A stretch of 64,000 nucleotides of DNA from the human T2T-CHM13v2.0 reference genome, Homo sapiens: NCBI RefSeq assembly GCF_009914755.1, contig NC_060944.1. One strand, 5' to 3'. The notes under the pieces were generated by a model. That model had not been told where the DNA came from and searched no databases. It worked only from the letters and a program-made list of their open reading frames with translations. This document shows, piece after piece, positions 24,180-51,592 of this stretch (position 1 is its first letter; each line of letters begins with the position of its first letter). The position numbers were made by a program, and so were the translations under genes.

Positions 24180-24532
24180 TTTTTCTTTTTCTTTTTCTTT
24201 TCTTTTCTTTTCTTTTCTTTTCTTTTCTTTTCTTTTCTTTTCTTTCTTTCTCTCTCTCTGCCTCTCTCTCTTTCTCCCTTTCTTTTTTTAGAGAGGGGGT
24301 CTTTCTCTGTCTCTCAGGCTGGAAGAGTGGTCGGATCCTAGCTCATTGCAGCCTCCAACTCCTGGGCTCAAGCAATCCCCCCTACAGGCGTGGGCCACCA
24401 CCCTGGCTCACTTTTTAATTTTTATTTTTGTAGAGATGTTGCCCAGGCTGGTCTCGAATTCCTGGCCTCAAGCGATCCTCCATCAGCCTCCCAAAGTGCT
24501 GGGGTTACAGGTGTAAGCCACCATGCCTGGCC
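24180..24532 (-). repeat. (CTTTT)n/CT tract continuing into a partially deleted AluJ
   Basis: Visible pentamer repeat, then Alu sequence. Confidence 0.85.
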
Positions 24533-24905
24533 TGCTTTGTCCTTAAAAGGTGTTAGATGGAACATATTATGTATCTCGAGTATATCTGCTTAGATATAAT
24601 TTAGTTGTATATTATCTGTGTTCTCCTCCCCCTTATTTTCAGTAAGTCCCTGTAAAAATGGGGATTAAAAAAATCTCTTTGCTTCACTGATGTAGTCCAG
24701 TGACTTGGCTGGTGCCTGACACATAGTAGGCTTAGTAAATATGGCTTGTATAATGAATGGGATTTTCCCTGCTGCTGCCTCTAAGGCTTGGTTTCTGCCT
24801 GCAGCAGCTGTTTATTCTCAAGTGTTTGTGAAGTGCCAGGCACTGGGCTAGCTGCTGGAGGTAGACCAGGGAGGCAGTCAACATGAAATAATCAAATCAG
24901 TACTG

Positions 24906-25063
24906 TAAATATATATATATTTAATATATAATATTTAATATATTTAATATATATTTATATTTATGTATATATATATTATATATAAATATATACAATATAT
25001 ATTATATATAAAATATTATATATTATATATTATATATTTATATATATAAAAAATATATATAAA
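24906..25063. repeat. AT-rich (TA)n low-complexity tract
   Basis: ~160 bp almost entirely A/T. Confidence 0.95.
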
Positions 25064-25068
25064 ACTTC

Positions 25069-25296
25069 CTTTTTTTTTTTTAACCTTAAGTTCTGGGATA
25101 CATGTGCAGAACGTGCAGGTTTGTTACATAAGTATACATGTGCCATGGTGGTTTGCTGCACCTATCAACCCATCACCTAGGTTTTAAGCCCCACATGCAT
25201 TAGGCATTTGTCCTAATGCTCTCCCTCCCGTTGCCCCCCACCCCCTGACAGGCCCTGGTGTGTGATGTTCCCCTCCTGTGTCCATGTGTTCTCAAC
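25069..25296 (-). mobile_element. L1PA 3'-end fragment
   Basis: Poly-T then AAGTTCTGGGATACATGTGCAGAACGTGCAGGTTTGTTACAT, the L1PA 3'UTR. Confidence 0.9.
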
Positions 25297-25917
25297 ATTT
25301 TGCTAGTGATAAGGGCTCCAAAGACCATAAAATGGGGCTGTAATAGTGGCTGTAGAACTGGTCATAGCAGGCCTTTCCGAGCAGGTAATATCTGAACAAG
25401 GAGCCGGGGAGGATGCAGCCATGTGAGGATGAGGGGGGAGCAATTCCAGCCTGAGGAACTGGTGGGAGCAAAAACCCTGGGGCAGGAATGAGCTAGATGT
25501 AACTGGCTGTGGCCTGCCAGTCCCACTGCAGATCACACCACTCTCACCCTGCATTGCCCAGGCAGCTCCACCAGGCTCCTTGCTGTTGTTGCTCCTCCCT
25601 CTGCCTGGATTGCTTTCCTGGTCTTTGCAGGACTGGCTATTTTAGGTCATCCAGCATCAAATGAAATGTCGCCTTCCCAGAGAGACCTTTCCTATGTCTT
25701 ACCTAAAGTATTCACTCTCCCTGCGACTCTGCGACATCACCTTCATGATACCTGTCTAGCTAACATGACCCAGCAGAGCACCGCAGCTTACGGCAATATT
25801 TATTTTTTATTGCTTGATGAATGTTTACATATGTGCACACCTGGGAAGTCCCCTTCCAAGACACACATTTCCAGCCCTGGTCGGCTCCCTCATGCACCTT
25901 CCCAGCCAATAATACTA

Positions 25918-30609
<4,692 letters not shown>

Positions 30610-30825
30610 TCACAGTATTTTAAAATCAATCTATTAGAATTATTCACTTGCTTAAATTATTTCTGGCAAGAGATATTCAGATACTTTCTTAAAGTATTAA
30701 GAGAACACGCAGGTTTTTTTGGAGGGGGGGGTCTGGTAATGTTGATAACAAGAATAATGAGGACATATTAACTGAATTAATTACTGTAAGTTTTCGAGCA
30801 AATATATCCTTCTCCTAACAATATA

Positions 30826-31598
<773 letters not shown>

Positions 31599-33052
31599 AG
31601 TTTTTAATTTCAAGTGACCAAAATTTTTTCAACAGTATTTTAACATACATAGTTTCCTATAGTAATCATTCATAGTTAGTAAAATGTCAATTCTCAAGGC
31701 AGGAAATTTTATTTTCTTCTTTGTGTACCAGCACCTATAACAATGCATGGTATTTAGAAAAGGTTGGACGGATATGTTGACGAATGAATGAATGTGCCTT
31801 TTGTCAAGATGGCTTCAGAATATAACTATTAAAGCAAACATTTAACTATTACAGGAAAACATTTTTTTCCTTTTTAGTAAACACACGGAGAAAAATGTGA
31901 CCTAATAACAGAATACAGCAAATTATAGATTCCATTTAGACTTTATGATAACTGGTATTTTTAAACCTCCTTTATTTTTCTAGACAAGGGCTAACAACAA
32001 TGGGTATCCTGGGGCTTGGCATTTTCAAAAGTACTTATGTCGACAACCTCTCCACTTAGAAAGTATACAGAAAATTGTGGCTAAGGTTTCAATGATAAAT
32101 TTATCGAAGGCTGGTGGTCTGGTCCAGAGGCTGTTGCTCTGTGATTCTTCCCTTGATTCTGCTATTTGTCAGGGACGCTGACCCTTGTTTCTTGTATCCA
32201 GGGTTCTGGGGGCTTCTAGCTTCCTGTAGGGTTTGGCTGAGGGGTGGAAGGGAGAAGGCAGAGTATTTCTCCTCTTCCCCGTCTATCTTGGTGGCAGTGG
32301 CTGTGTCTCCTCCATGGCCCTAGATCCTATAGGATGGGCCCACTGTGGCCTCACCTTCTGCCGGGTGACTGTGGTCCCTGAAAACACCACCTCCTCCCTT
32401 TGTCTCTCTCCCTGCCACCTTCCCTGGAGAGAAAAGGCAGTGGCTTCCAGGTGTTGCTAATCTCTGGGTTGCCTAACCATTCCCATTTGGTTTCTCAGCT
32501 CTTGCATCACTTGGATATCAAATTCCCTGTGTTACATTTACTGAAATTGTTAGATTTGCTTCTCTTTCTCTGGTTGGTCCCTGACTGACATAGCTGTATT
32601 AAAGTTTGCAAGGATTATACTTTTGTTCTTGCTTTTCTGGACACACCACGGGTGATTCTTACCTGGAGTGTGCCTCAGATTTTAAGGGAACTTGTTGAGG
32701 ACACATATGCTTGGGCACCATCTAGGGGGCCTGGGACAGAATCTTGGGGCCTCTGGTCCAGACATGCACAGCATGGAGAGATGCCTCAGGTGACTCCAGC
32801 GAGCTCCTCCTGATGTCACTGTCACTGAATCCTGATCCCAAATATTGGAAGGGGACTAAGGGAAATTTCTCTTCCAAAAATTGATTCACTAACAATATTT
32901 AGCAACTGCCTGCAATCCTTTATGTAAACATAAAAGACAATGAAGAAACCCTTGAAATTTAACTTAAGTGCTAAACTCTCTGTAATGAGATATGATCCAG
33001 ACTAAACCTGCTGGGCATTAAGTGGTAGTTACACAATCAATCATTTTGATGA

Positions 33053-33585
<533 letters not shown>

Positions 33586-34489
33586 CCTAATTTCTTTCAG
33601 AAAGCAACATTGTTACCAGTTTCTTGGTTGTTCTTCAGAACTTTCTGACATATATACAAAAAGACATACACATATTCATCGCCCCTAGTTTTTAAAAAAA
33701 ACAAACAAATTATACTCTAATGCAAATAGCATTCTATACCCTGCTTTTTTGCACAACAATGTATCTTGAAAAATATTGCTTATCAGTGCATCCAGATTTG
33801 CCTCATTGCTTTAGGAAAAATTCAGTTTTTCACTGTACATGTGAAAATATACGTATATATGTATACATATATACGTATATTATACATGTAATATATACAT
33901 ATATGTATATATAGTACATGTACACATATACTAAAATTTAAGCAACTCATTAATGGACACTTTGTTTCTAGTTTTTGATTACTATAAACACAGCTGTAAT
34001 GAATATCTATATTTGTATCTGTACATGAAAGAGTCTATCTGTAGACTAACTTGCTAAAATAGAATTGCTAGGTCAAAGGTGCATTTAACATTTTGACACT
34101 TTCAATGGGGTTGTACTGCGTAGAACTCCTACCAAGATCTTATGAGAGCACCTGTTTCCTACAGCCTCACTCACACAAAGTGCTATCCAGCCTCTGATTT
34201 TTTTTATCAATCTGATGGGTAAAATATGGTTTTCCATAGGGTTAATTTGCATATCTGAATTTAAATAAACAAAATCACATACTTAACACCCACCTCCAAC
34301 AAATTACTAACAATTTGTAATTATTGACTCAGAAGAGGTGCAAGTACCATGCAGATATGGCAAAGGGGACACTTTGTTACAAAGTTTGAATGCCAAAGAG
34401 CACATCTGAAAGTTTAAGTGAACTTGTTGGGAGCCCCCATGTGTTAGAAGTTAGAATGTAACACTTGTGGGTATGAGTTTACAATTGTA

Positions 34490-35654
<1,165 letters not shown>

Positions 35655-35974
35655 CCTTCTGTCTTATGGCTCTGTCATCCCTTGGGGCTTGGCTTGGAGA
35701 AGGCCACTCACTTCCTACAGGCTTTGTCTGCCACACATCTATTTCCTGCTTAAGTGCCATTGGCAGAATCCAGTCACATGGTCCATCATGGAAGCAGGTG
35801 GGCAGGGCTGGGAAATGTAGCCTCTGGATGGGAAGCAGCTTCTCAGCTACAAAACTACGCTAAAGGTGTGGCAAATTTTGATAGATAATTGTCTCTGCCA
35901 CAGAAAGGGTTTTCTACTTTTGCACATATAGAGATCGGTGGAGCTAGGTTTTAATTCAGAGAATTGTTATTTAG

Positions 35975-36330
<356 letters not shown>

Positions 36331-37813
36331 TCTCGTGGACTTTTTTTTTGTTTTTTTTTATTTCGTCAGTCTGGCATCCCCTTCCTACTTCTGATAACAG
36401 GATTTTTGTTCTATGATTTCCTTTGGGGGAAATAGTTTCCCACTATTTCACATAATATTAATCACAATCTCCCATCACAGGGGTCACAAATGTGATCATG
36501 TCACCCAGACATAGCCATTATCTCCTATTGTACTGAATTATTTTGAAGCTCCTCCCAGCTTCTGTACCATGTAGTTTGTGCTATTTCTCATCTGAAATTC
36601 TGTTTCCCATTTGATTTCCTGGGATCATGTCTACTGCTTCCATTTGAGCTGAAGAACTGCCTTATATGGAACCTCTTTGAGGATCGCCTAGACTGATTTG
36701 GGATCCCCTCCCTAGATCCCTAAGTGTGGCTACATTCCAGCACTCACCACAGTGTATCGTATTGGTTGATTTGTTGGTCTGTACTTACCACAGTGTATTG
36801 TATTGGTTGATCTGTTGGTCTGTTTCAGTTAAGACACCTTTGGCAGCAAGCATCTTACCTGAAACTTTTCTTGGGTATGCCTCAAGATGCATATGCCATC
36901 AGTCCTTCCAGTAGCTGGAGAGGACTGGGTTTATTGGAGCTCTTAGACTGGTTACATTGGTCAGGACTAGTTTTTGGCTGGGGCTGTGCCCAGCCTCAGT
37001 GTAAACTATACATGACAATCTCATTTCCTTTGGCCAGTGATTGGGCTCCCAGTGGGCCAAGTTCTGCTCAATAAGACATAGAGGAAATCTCCTGATGGCT
37101 TTTGAGAATGATTTTCCTTCCTGGAAAGAAAGAGGCATGTGAGAAGAAAGCCCTTGCCTGCCCTCCTCCCCACCTCCATCCTTTCTGGTCTGGTCATTGC
37201 CATGGTAGACCTGGTTTCCAAGGCGGCAGCAGCCATGTGGTAGACATCCTCCGCAGGACTTGGGAGGAAGCTGGGACGCTGAGGTCGGTGGAGTAGAAGG
37301 ATGAAAAGAAACTGGGTTCTTGCTGACAGTGCTGAGCCACTGAATTCACTCTAGGACCACCTACCTTCTGATTTTTCATTAAATATTGTAATAAATGGCC
37401 TTAGAATTTAAGACAGTTCTCCCCAAACTTATTCCCACTGGGACACATAATTAAAATGATAACAATTGTATAGCACACTGGGGTAAATGGCAGAAAATTT
37501 GGGACTTTGATATGGACATTGTTCACAGAAATTAATCATACTTCTGTATGTTGTTTTCTTAAAATATAAAAAATACAAAAAATAAAATAGGAAGTTTTAG
37601 AAAGAAGTAATGCATTTTTACAAAAACATTTTTTTTTTTAATTTTACATGAGAAACTTGAATTTGCTTTCATGGATAGAACTTTCCTGTGTCAGATTTTA
37701 TGCTTAAAGCAACTACATGCAATTTCTGTTCAGGCCTTTTTAATGATGACCTGGCCACATATTTGATGGGCATTATCTACGAAAAGCTTTATTAGTACAA
37801 AGAAGCTACATAA

Positions 37814-38443
<630 letters not shown>

Positions 38444-39258
38444 AAACTAATTTTTGAAACATATTTTCAGAAACTCCCAATGCTAACATTTTATTTAAAG
38501 GCTTTACAAGCAAGCATCTTCTTTTCTTTCTTTGACAAATGTTGGTATTTGGGATTTCTTGTGATAATGCAGATGGCTTGCGAGTCCAGTGAAATTTTTA
38601 TAGATGGAATACTAGCTATTTCACAATAGTGTAAAGTGCCCACTGGCAGAACACACAAGCCTGGTTAGATCAATTCCCTGCTGCTAGCTTGGATTCACTA
38701 AAAGGGCACAGATGAGAAAGTACAGAAGTAACTAGGTTATATAAAGACATAAATCAGAACAACTACCTGGTAATGAACTCAGCGGGAGTTCTGGCCAGAC
38801 CTCCAACCAATGCCGTGTTAGCTTGGACCTCATGTTCCTTGGCATTTGGAACACAAATCCCCCCAGCAGTTCCATTGCCCCTTAGGCACTGTACACAGCA
38901 GCAAGCCTTGCAACTGGCCACTAAGGCAGATGTCTGGCTGGTGGAACACCTTTTGACCACATTGCATGCATCAAGCACTGTCAGCACTGTTCAGTGGAGG
39001 ACCTAATTGAAGACTGGTACTGCTTTTTGGCATGGAAGGTCCATACCTATTGTATTTGTCAGGATGCATCTGGTTGCTAATGGAAAAAACCCAAATTTGA
39101 ACTGGCTTTAAACAAAGGAGGGAACATGACTTTAGCTTCAGAGATGGCTTCTGGGAATACATCATCAGGGATGGCTCTCTCTCTTTCTTAGCCATGATTT
39201 AGAAAAAAAAAAATTGTTTTTGCTTCATCATGTGAAATTAAAACTTTTTTCTTTTTGA

Positions 39259-39570
<312 letters not shown>

Positions 39571-40179
39571 TAGTTTAAAGAGTTAAATACTCTACCAGGC
39601 TTGTTATGAAAAAGATCTTCTCATCCCTATTTCCCAGGCCTCAAAGGAATTATGGTGTAATTATGTTTAGACAAATATTCAATGTTTACATTATGTAAAT
39701 AGTAGTCACAGCTGAGCCATAGTACATTCTGATTACTTTTCCTTTTCTGCACAACTTTTTGTTTTCATTAGAGTTAAAAAAAATTATTTTCTGTTTGTTT
39801 GGTTACTTTTCTATGCACTAAATCATCTGAATTATTCACCACTGGTTGTGTAAATTTCCTCTCAATGTACTCAAACACATTACAATCTCTATCAATTTGG
39901 TCTTTCTGAAGAGGATTCTTCAATCTGGATTGGGGCAGCTGAGCAGTGGTTGTCTTAGGATATTTTCTTCATGGTTATCCTGGAATTTCTTACATTTCTT
40001 CCTAATGAGAGATCCTCTGGTTTTATAGACTTTATGTGTTCACTTTTTCAGTTTTTTACCTTTTTTTTGGTGTATTAGACTTCTGTGACAATGTACAAGT
40101 GAGGTACATTTTAAGATTTAACACGTATATTTTCATACTTTATTGATAATTTGCTTTTAAAATTCTTTGCTAGTTAGAA

Positions 40180-41170
40180 TATTACTCAGTGGTGAAAAGA
40201 AGCAAACTATTGATACATGTAAAAACTTGGATGAATCTCGAAGACATTACATTGATAAGAAGAGCCAGTTTCAAAAGGTTACATACTGTGTGATTCCATT
40301 TATATGAGGTTCTCTAAAAGACAAAACAATGGTGATGGAGAAGAGATCAGTAGTTGTCAGGGTTTAAGGGTGAAGGGAGGGTCTCACTACAAATGGACCA
40401 CAGGAGTTTTTTGGGGTGATGGAAATGTTCTGTATTCTGATCTTGGTGGTGGTTATGATACGGCTCTGATGAGTGCAGGAACACCAGGGCTCTTGTCTCA
40501 CGCGAATTGGATAAAACGACACAGACACACGTGAAGTGGTTTTAAGGAACGGAGAGTTTAACAGGCAAGAAAAAAGGGAGAAGAAAGAAGGAGGAAGCTC
40601 CCCTGTACAGAGACAGAGGGAGGGGGGCTCCAAAGCCAAGAGAGGAGATCCCAAGTGTGGCAGATACCAGCCAGTTATAGGAGGAGGCTGGAGGAGATGG
40701 AGTCTGATTTGCATAGGGCTCAGGGGATTGGTTTGACCAGGCATGTCATTATGTGGCCCACGAAAAAACTGGCCCTCCCACCCTAGTCTTTTAATATGCA
40801 AATGAAGGTCGTCATGATGTTCTATACATGTTGGGATATGTGGGGGTGGCCAAGTTGCCAGGCACATGTAGGGCAAGGGCAAGAGGATAACTGTGGGAAT
40901 TGCCATGTTTGGGCGGACCCGGTTTCTAATGGCCTGCATTTGCATATCAAAGGTTGCCAACCTGGCTCTAAGAGATGGGGCTTTCCTGCTATCAGAAACG
41001 TTTTTGGAGCTGCTTTAAAAGAAACGAAAACTTCCCAAAGACCCCTTTTCCTCTCTATCTGCCTAAAATAATTTCTTAATAACTCCTATAACAGTTAAAC
41101 AAATCTATATATGTTAAAAATTGTAGAACTGTACACTGAAAAGTCATTGCGTATAAGTTTAAAAATAAAA
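40180..41170 (+). mobile_element. Old L1M 3' end interrupted by an LTR
   Basis: GGATGAATCTC...AAAAGGTTACATACTGTGTGATTCCATTTATATGA L1M 3' motifs. Confidence 0.7.
40456..41093 (-). mobile_element. LTR9-family (ERV1) solo LTR
   Basis: TG...CA termini, TSD GTTA (40452-40455, 41094-41097); minus strand begins TGTTATAGGAGTTATTAAGAAATTATTTTAGGCAG. Confidence 0.75.
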
Positions 41171-41195
41171 CAAAGAATTATGCATTATAAAGGTA

Positions 41196-44215
<3,020 letters not shown>

Positions 44216-44401
44216 GTTTTTTAAAAAAAGGTAAAATTGTAACTCTCAGGAAAAAAAATGAACACACATGAAAGATTTTATTGAACTCATGAATGAGGAA
44301 GCTGGTGAGGTGTTAGAACCAGCTCAAAGGAGAACGCAAAGAGCAGATCAGAAATTTGAAATTCACTGATCAGAAATTTGAAATGAATTTGCAAACAGAG
44401 G

Positions 44402-45520
44402 AGTATCAGTTTCCTACTGCTGCTGTTACAAATTGCTTCAAATTTAGTGGCTTAAAATACTAAGTGGCTGTGAACCCCAAATATCTGAGACAAGTCTCAG
44501 TCAAATTAGAAAGTTTATTTTTTGAAGGTTAAGGACACACCTGTGACACAGCTTCAGGAGGTCCTGACGTCATGCACCCAAGGGGGTTGGGGTACAGCTT
44601 GCTTTTGTACATTTTAGCGAGATGTGAAACATCAATCAATATGTGAAAGATTACATTGGTTCTGTCTGGTAAGGTGGGTCAGCTAGAGGTGGGGGCTTCC
44701 AGGTCATAAGTAGAAAAGAGACAAAAGGTTGCATTCTTTTGAGTCCTTGATCAGCCTTCCACTAAATACACAATTTAGTCTGGCTCATTAAATCTGCATT
44801 TTTACACAAACATAAGGCAGAAGAAGCAATCATATATGCATTTGTCTCTGGTGAGCCTGAGAGGGATGACTGAGTTCTGTCTGTCCTTTGTCCACAAGGA
44901 ATTTCCTTGTGGGCAAATTGTGAGGGAGGTATATAGCTTTTTATCTTTGTAACTATCCTATTTAGGAATAAAATGGGAGGCAGGTTTGCCTGACATAATT
45001 CCCAGCTTGACTTTTCCCTTGTCTTAGTGATTTTGGAGTCCCAAGATTTATTTTCCATTGCTTCTCAGCCTTTTGGCTAAGATCGAGATTTATTTTCCTT
45101 TCCTATGGCTTATTAGCTTACAGTTCTGGTGGTAAAAAAAATCCTAAAACCAAAGACTGCCTTCCTTCTGGAGGCTCTAGAGAAGAATCCATTTCCTTGC
45201 CTTTTCCAGCTTCTGGAGGCCGCCTGCATTCCCTGGCTTGTGGCCCCTTCCATCTTCAAAGCCAACAGCATCGCGTCTGCAAATCTCTCTGACCACTGTT
45301 TCCATTGTCACATCAACTCTGACTCTGACACACCAGCTTCTCCCTTCTAGAGACCCCTCTGACTACAGTGGACCTACCCAGATAACCCAGGATGATTTCT
45401 CCATCTCAAGATCATTAACTTCTTCACATTTGCAAAGTCCTTTTTGCCATGTTAGGTAACATACTCACGGTTTCTGTGGATATGATGTGCAGCGGGTGGG
45501 AGCATTATTCTATCTACCAT
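44402..45520 (-). mobile_element. MLT1 LTR split by a MER4-family LTR (44469-45105)
   Basis: MER4 TSD TGGC at 44465-44468 and 45106-45109; MLT1 sequence resumes on both sides. Confidence 0.78.
45057..45085 (+). pseudogene. 3'-truncated tailless U2 snRNA retrocopy (about nt 1-29)
   Basis: ATTGCTTCTCAGCCTTTTGGCTAAGATCG vs U2 ATCGCTTCTCGGCCTTTTGGCTAAGATCA; TSD AGATTTATTTTCC at 45044-45056 and 45086-45098. Confidence 0.88.
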
Positions 45521-46042
45521 AGAAGGCAAACTGATTTTTCCACGAATGGGTGTGGGAGCAGGAGATAGGCGGAGAATTCTATCCCTTTCACTGGACAGAA
45601 TCCATTTGCAAGTCTACAGACAAGAATTATTTTGCATTGCTAGTAGATCTACAGCTTACAGAGTTGTAAAAGCTCCCATAAAATCAGAATGGGATTGTGT
45701 GGAGGGTGTCTTACTGTCAGTGGGTAGTTTTCCTTTGAAACATACATTTCTTGCCATGCCAGATTTCACCATTTCATTGCTTTTGCTGCTTCTCCCATTT
45801 CCTTTAACCTAGTGAGTTTATACCTTAACAAAAGACTGTTTCTGATGTTTAGTGGTATTGGGTAAAAAGGAACAGATCATCAATGCATTCAGCGTCTAGC
45901 TTTTTCCCAGCTCTGCTTTCCTTTCTGTGGGCTTTGTTCTAGGCAGATTGTCTCCGCATGAACTTTACACCTAAAGATCATGTTATCTGTATTCTAAATT
46001 AAAAAATAAAATAAAAAACATTTAAAGATACTACAATTTTAA

Positions 46043-47584
<1,542 letters not shown>

Positions 47585-47585
47585 T

Positions 47586-49790
47586 AACTTTAATTGCATA
47601 TACAAACTCTACTTTATGTCCCCCTCAGTTTATATTCTCAATTTCACAAATAAATCTTTTTATAATTTGTATCCATTAGCATAGTTTTATAGTTATAGTT
47701 TTTTAATGGTTTTATCTTCTAAATTCTATACCACAATTAAAACTGACTCACATACCACCATTACAGGATTACATGATTCTGTAATTGTCTATATATTTAC
47801 CTTTACCAGTGAGTTTTATATTTTCATGTGCTTTTGTGTTGCTGTCTAGCCATTCTTCCATTTCAGCTTGAAAAACTCCCTTTAGCAATTCTTACAAGGT
47901 AGGTTACTGGTGATGAACTCTGTCAGCTTTTATTTATCTGGGAATATCTTAATTTCTCCCTCACCTTTGAATAACAGTTTACCTGGATACAGTATTCTTT
48001 TTTTTTGAGATGGAGTCTGGCTTTCTTGCTCAGGCTAGAGTGCATTGGCACGATCTTGGCTCACGGCAGCCTCCGCCTTGCATGATCAAGTGATTCTCCT
48101 ACCTCAGCTTCCTGAGTAGCTGGGATTACAGGTGTGTGCCACCACACCTGGCTAATTTTTGTATTTTTGGTAGAGATGGGGTTTCACCATCAGGCTGATC
48201 TCAAACTCCTGACCTCAAGTGATCTGCCCAACTCAGCCTCCCAAAGTGCTGGGATTACAGGCATGAACCACCGCTCCTGGCCCTGGATATAGTATTCTTG
48301 ATTGACAGTTTTTTTCCTTTCAGCACTTTGGAAATACTACCCTACTCTGTCTTGGCCTACAGTGTTTCTGCTGAGAAATCCATTGATAATCTTATAGAAG
48401 CTCCTTTGTACATGACTAATTATTTTTCTCTTGCTTCTTTCGAGGGTCTCTTCTTATCTCTAACTTTTGACGTCTTCATCATGATACATCTCAGAGTAGG
48501 CCTTTTGGGTTCATCCTAGTTGGAATCTTCTGAGCTTCTGGAATTTGGATACCCATTTCCTTCCTCAGATTTGGAAGGTTTTAGCCATTATTTTTTCAGA
48601 TAAGCTCTGTGAATGCCCCTTTCTGTTTCTATTCTCCTTCTGAGACTCCTGCAATACCAATATTGGTCCACCTAATGGTGTCTCATAAGTTACTTAGGCT
48701 TTCTTCACTTTTCTTCATTCTTTTTTGTTTTGTTCTTCTGACTTGATAATTTAAAATGAGCTTCTTGAGTTTGCTGGTTCTTTCTCCTGCTTGGTCAAAT
48801 CTGCCGTTGACCCCTCTAGTGAATTTTCAGATTCAGTTATTATATTATGCTGCTCCAGAATTGTTTGGTTCTTTTTAAAAATGCTTTTTCTGTCCTTGTG
48901 GATATTCTTATGTTGTTGAGGTGTCATTTTCTTGATTTCATTTAGTTGTCTAGTTCTCGTGTTGTGCACTGAGTCTTTTTAAGACAATTATTTTGAATTA
49001 ATTATCAAGTCATTCACAGATCAATGCTTTTTTTTTTTTTAGAGTTGGTTTCTGGATATTTCTTTTGTTTCAATGATTAGACCACATTACCTTGTTTCTT
49101 CATGTGCCTTGTTATTTTTCTTTGTGATTTGTGCACTTGAAAAAAAGCCACCACTCCCACTCTTTATGAATTGGCCACATGTAGTGAAAGACCTTGACCG
49201 ATCAACCCAGCTGCCTCACAAACTTTTCTGGGATGTGTCTTTTCTAGGCATGTGAATGCAGTTTACCAGTTAGAGAGGTCTGTGGGTTTCTGTTTCAATA
49301 CTTTGTCTTGCTCAGTCTGGTGTCTGCCTGTGATACTGCAGGTTCTCTATTGCTACAAAAAGCCATTGAGCCCTCCTTTGTTTTCAGTGGCACTCAGAGA
49401 ATCCAAGTATGCTGATTCCCCATCAGTACTCTGAATCAGGTGAGACAGAAACCAGTCCCTGTGGCATCCCCTCCAAAAGCCAGGATGTTGGATTATGTTC
49501 CACTCTTTTTTTCCTCTCAAGGGAGAAGTCAGAATTGGGCTTTTCCTCCCAGTTGTATGGAGCTGTGCCAGCTTGGGGAAAGGGTAACCACAGGTGACAT
49601 GAAGTGGCTGTTCTTACTTGTTTCAGTGTGGCATTCTTGGCTTTGAGCTTCTCTGGGGTACTGTGACATCTGGATTGGTTTCTAGATTTCTCATAAAGGT
49701 ATTGTTGACTGTGCATTGTTGTTGAGTCAGTACCTTGTAGGGAATAAAGTTTAGGGCTTCCTAATCTGCCATCTTGCTGATATCATTAAA
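47586..49790 (-). mobile_element. Old L1M 5'/ORF1-region fragment with an Alu (47998-48281)
   Basis: Degenerate L1 ORF1-like peptide at 48751-48969; Alu TSD CCTGGATAYAGTATTCTT. Confidence 0.7.
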
Positions 49791-50666
49791 AAACGACTGT
49801 GAATTTAAATGTGGTTATTTTTGCTCTTCATGAATATTAAAGACAAATTTCTGGGTTATAAGTATACTTTAAAGTTGACTGTGCTAAAACAACCCACAGA
49901 ATTGTTTCACCTAGCTGTGTTAAATGTTTACACAAATGGAAGCTGATAATTATTAGAGTTTTATCCTGAGGTTTTATTAAGTGACAGACTCTGAAATAAT
50001 TTCTTTGAATATGGAACTGGCAAGTTGGACTTCAAAGTTCAGAGTGTGTTCAATCCCTCTTCTTCATGACTTGTCACTGACTTGCTGGGGAACTTTAGGC
50101 AAGTTGCCCAACTTCTCCAAACCACTGTCAAATGGGGAAAATGATGCTACCTCTCTTCCCAGTTTAAAGTGGCAATTAAAAAGATAACATAATGGAAGTG
50201 TTTATCTGAGAGCCTGGCTCAAGGTGAAGACACAGTGAGTTTTAGGTATTGTTATATGCACTTTAGAGAGTCTGAATAACTTTGAATGAAAATTCAAGCC
50301 CAGGGGCTGTGCCTCCAGCCCTCTCTCATAATGGCAACTCTATCCTTCTCTACAATGTCAGACTTGATGCAGGAGTGCATCCTTAGCTCTGAGGCCAAAA
50401 ATTAAATATACAAAACTTGGGAGGGCGGCCCAGTTGATCTGGTTTTAAAATGAAAAGTTCCATGTCCAGGAAACCTCTTGAGTCCTGGGCAAACCAGGAC
50501 ATACGGGAAACCCTACTAGTTTCTACAACTCTGTGTATGTGCATACTCTTTTAATGGGAATAGAATGAGAATGTTATCTATATTGGATGACAGTGATGAT
50601 GGAGATTAACAGTGATGATGACAACAGCGATGACGATGATGATGATGATATGCAACAGTGAAGTAA

Positions 50667-51335
<669 letters not shown>

Positions 51336-51592
51336 AGCTCCTCTTGAAGTTTGATTGAGAAGGTCAGAGTGGGGCCAAGGATTCTGCCTTTTAAATACAC
51401 ACCCAAAGTGATCCTGACCAGGCACAATGAAACAGTTCTGGGATAGCGTGTGGGAGATGATTTGGGGAGAATGAGGGTGACAGTTTAGGCCAGACGATTT
51501 TTGTGTGCAGCCAAAGGTTTTTGCTTTGGAAACTACATTCTTCTCCATGTCTCAGGGAGGCTTACTTAGATCTGATTCTATCATTTGGGTAT

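Noticed and set aside
40364-40960. 198-aa ORF
   Set aside because: Crosses an LTR/L1 junction; repeat-derived.
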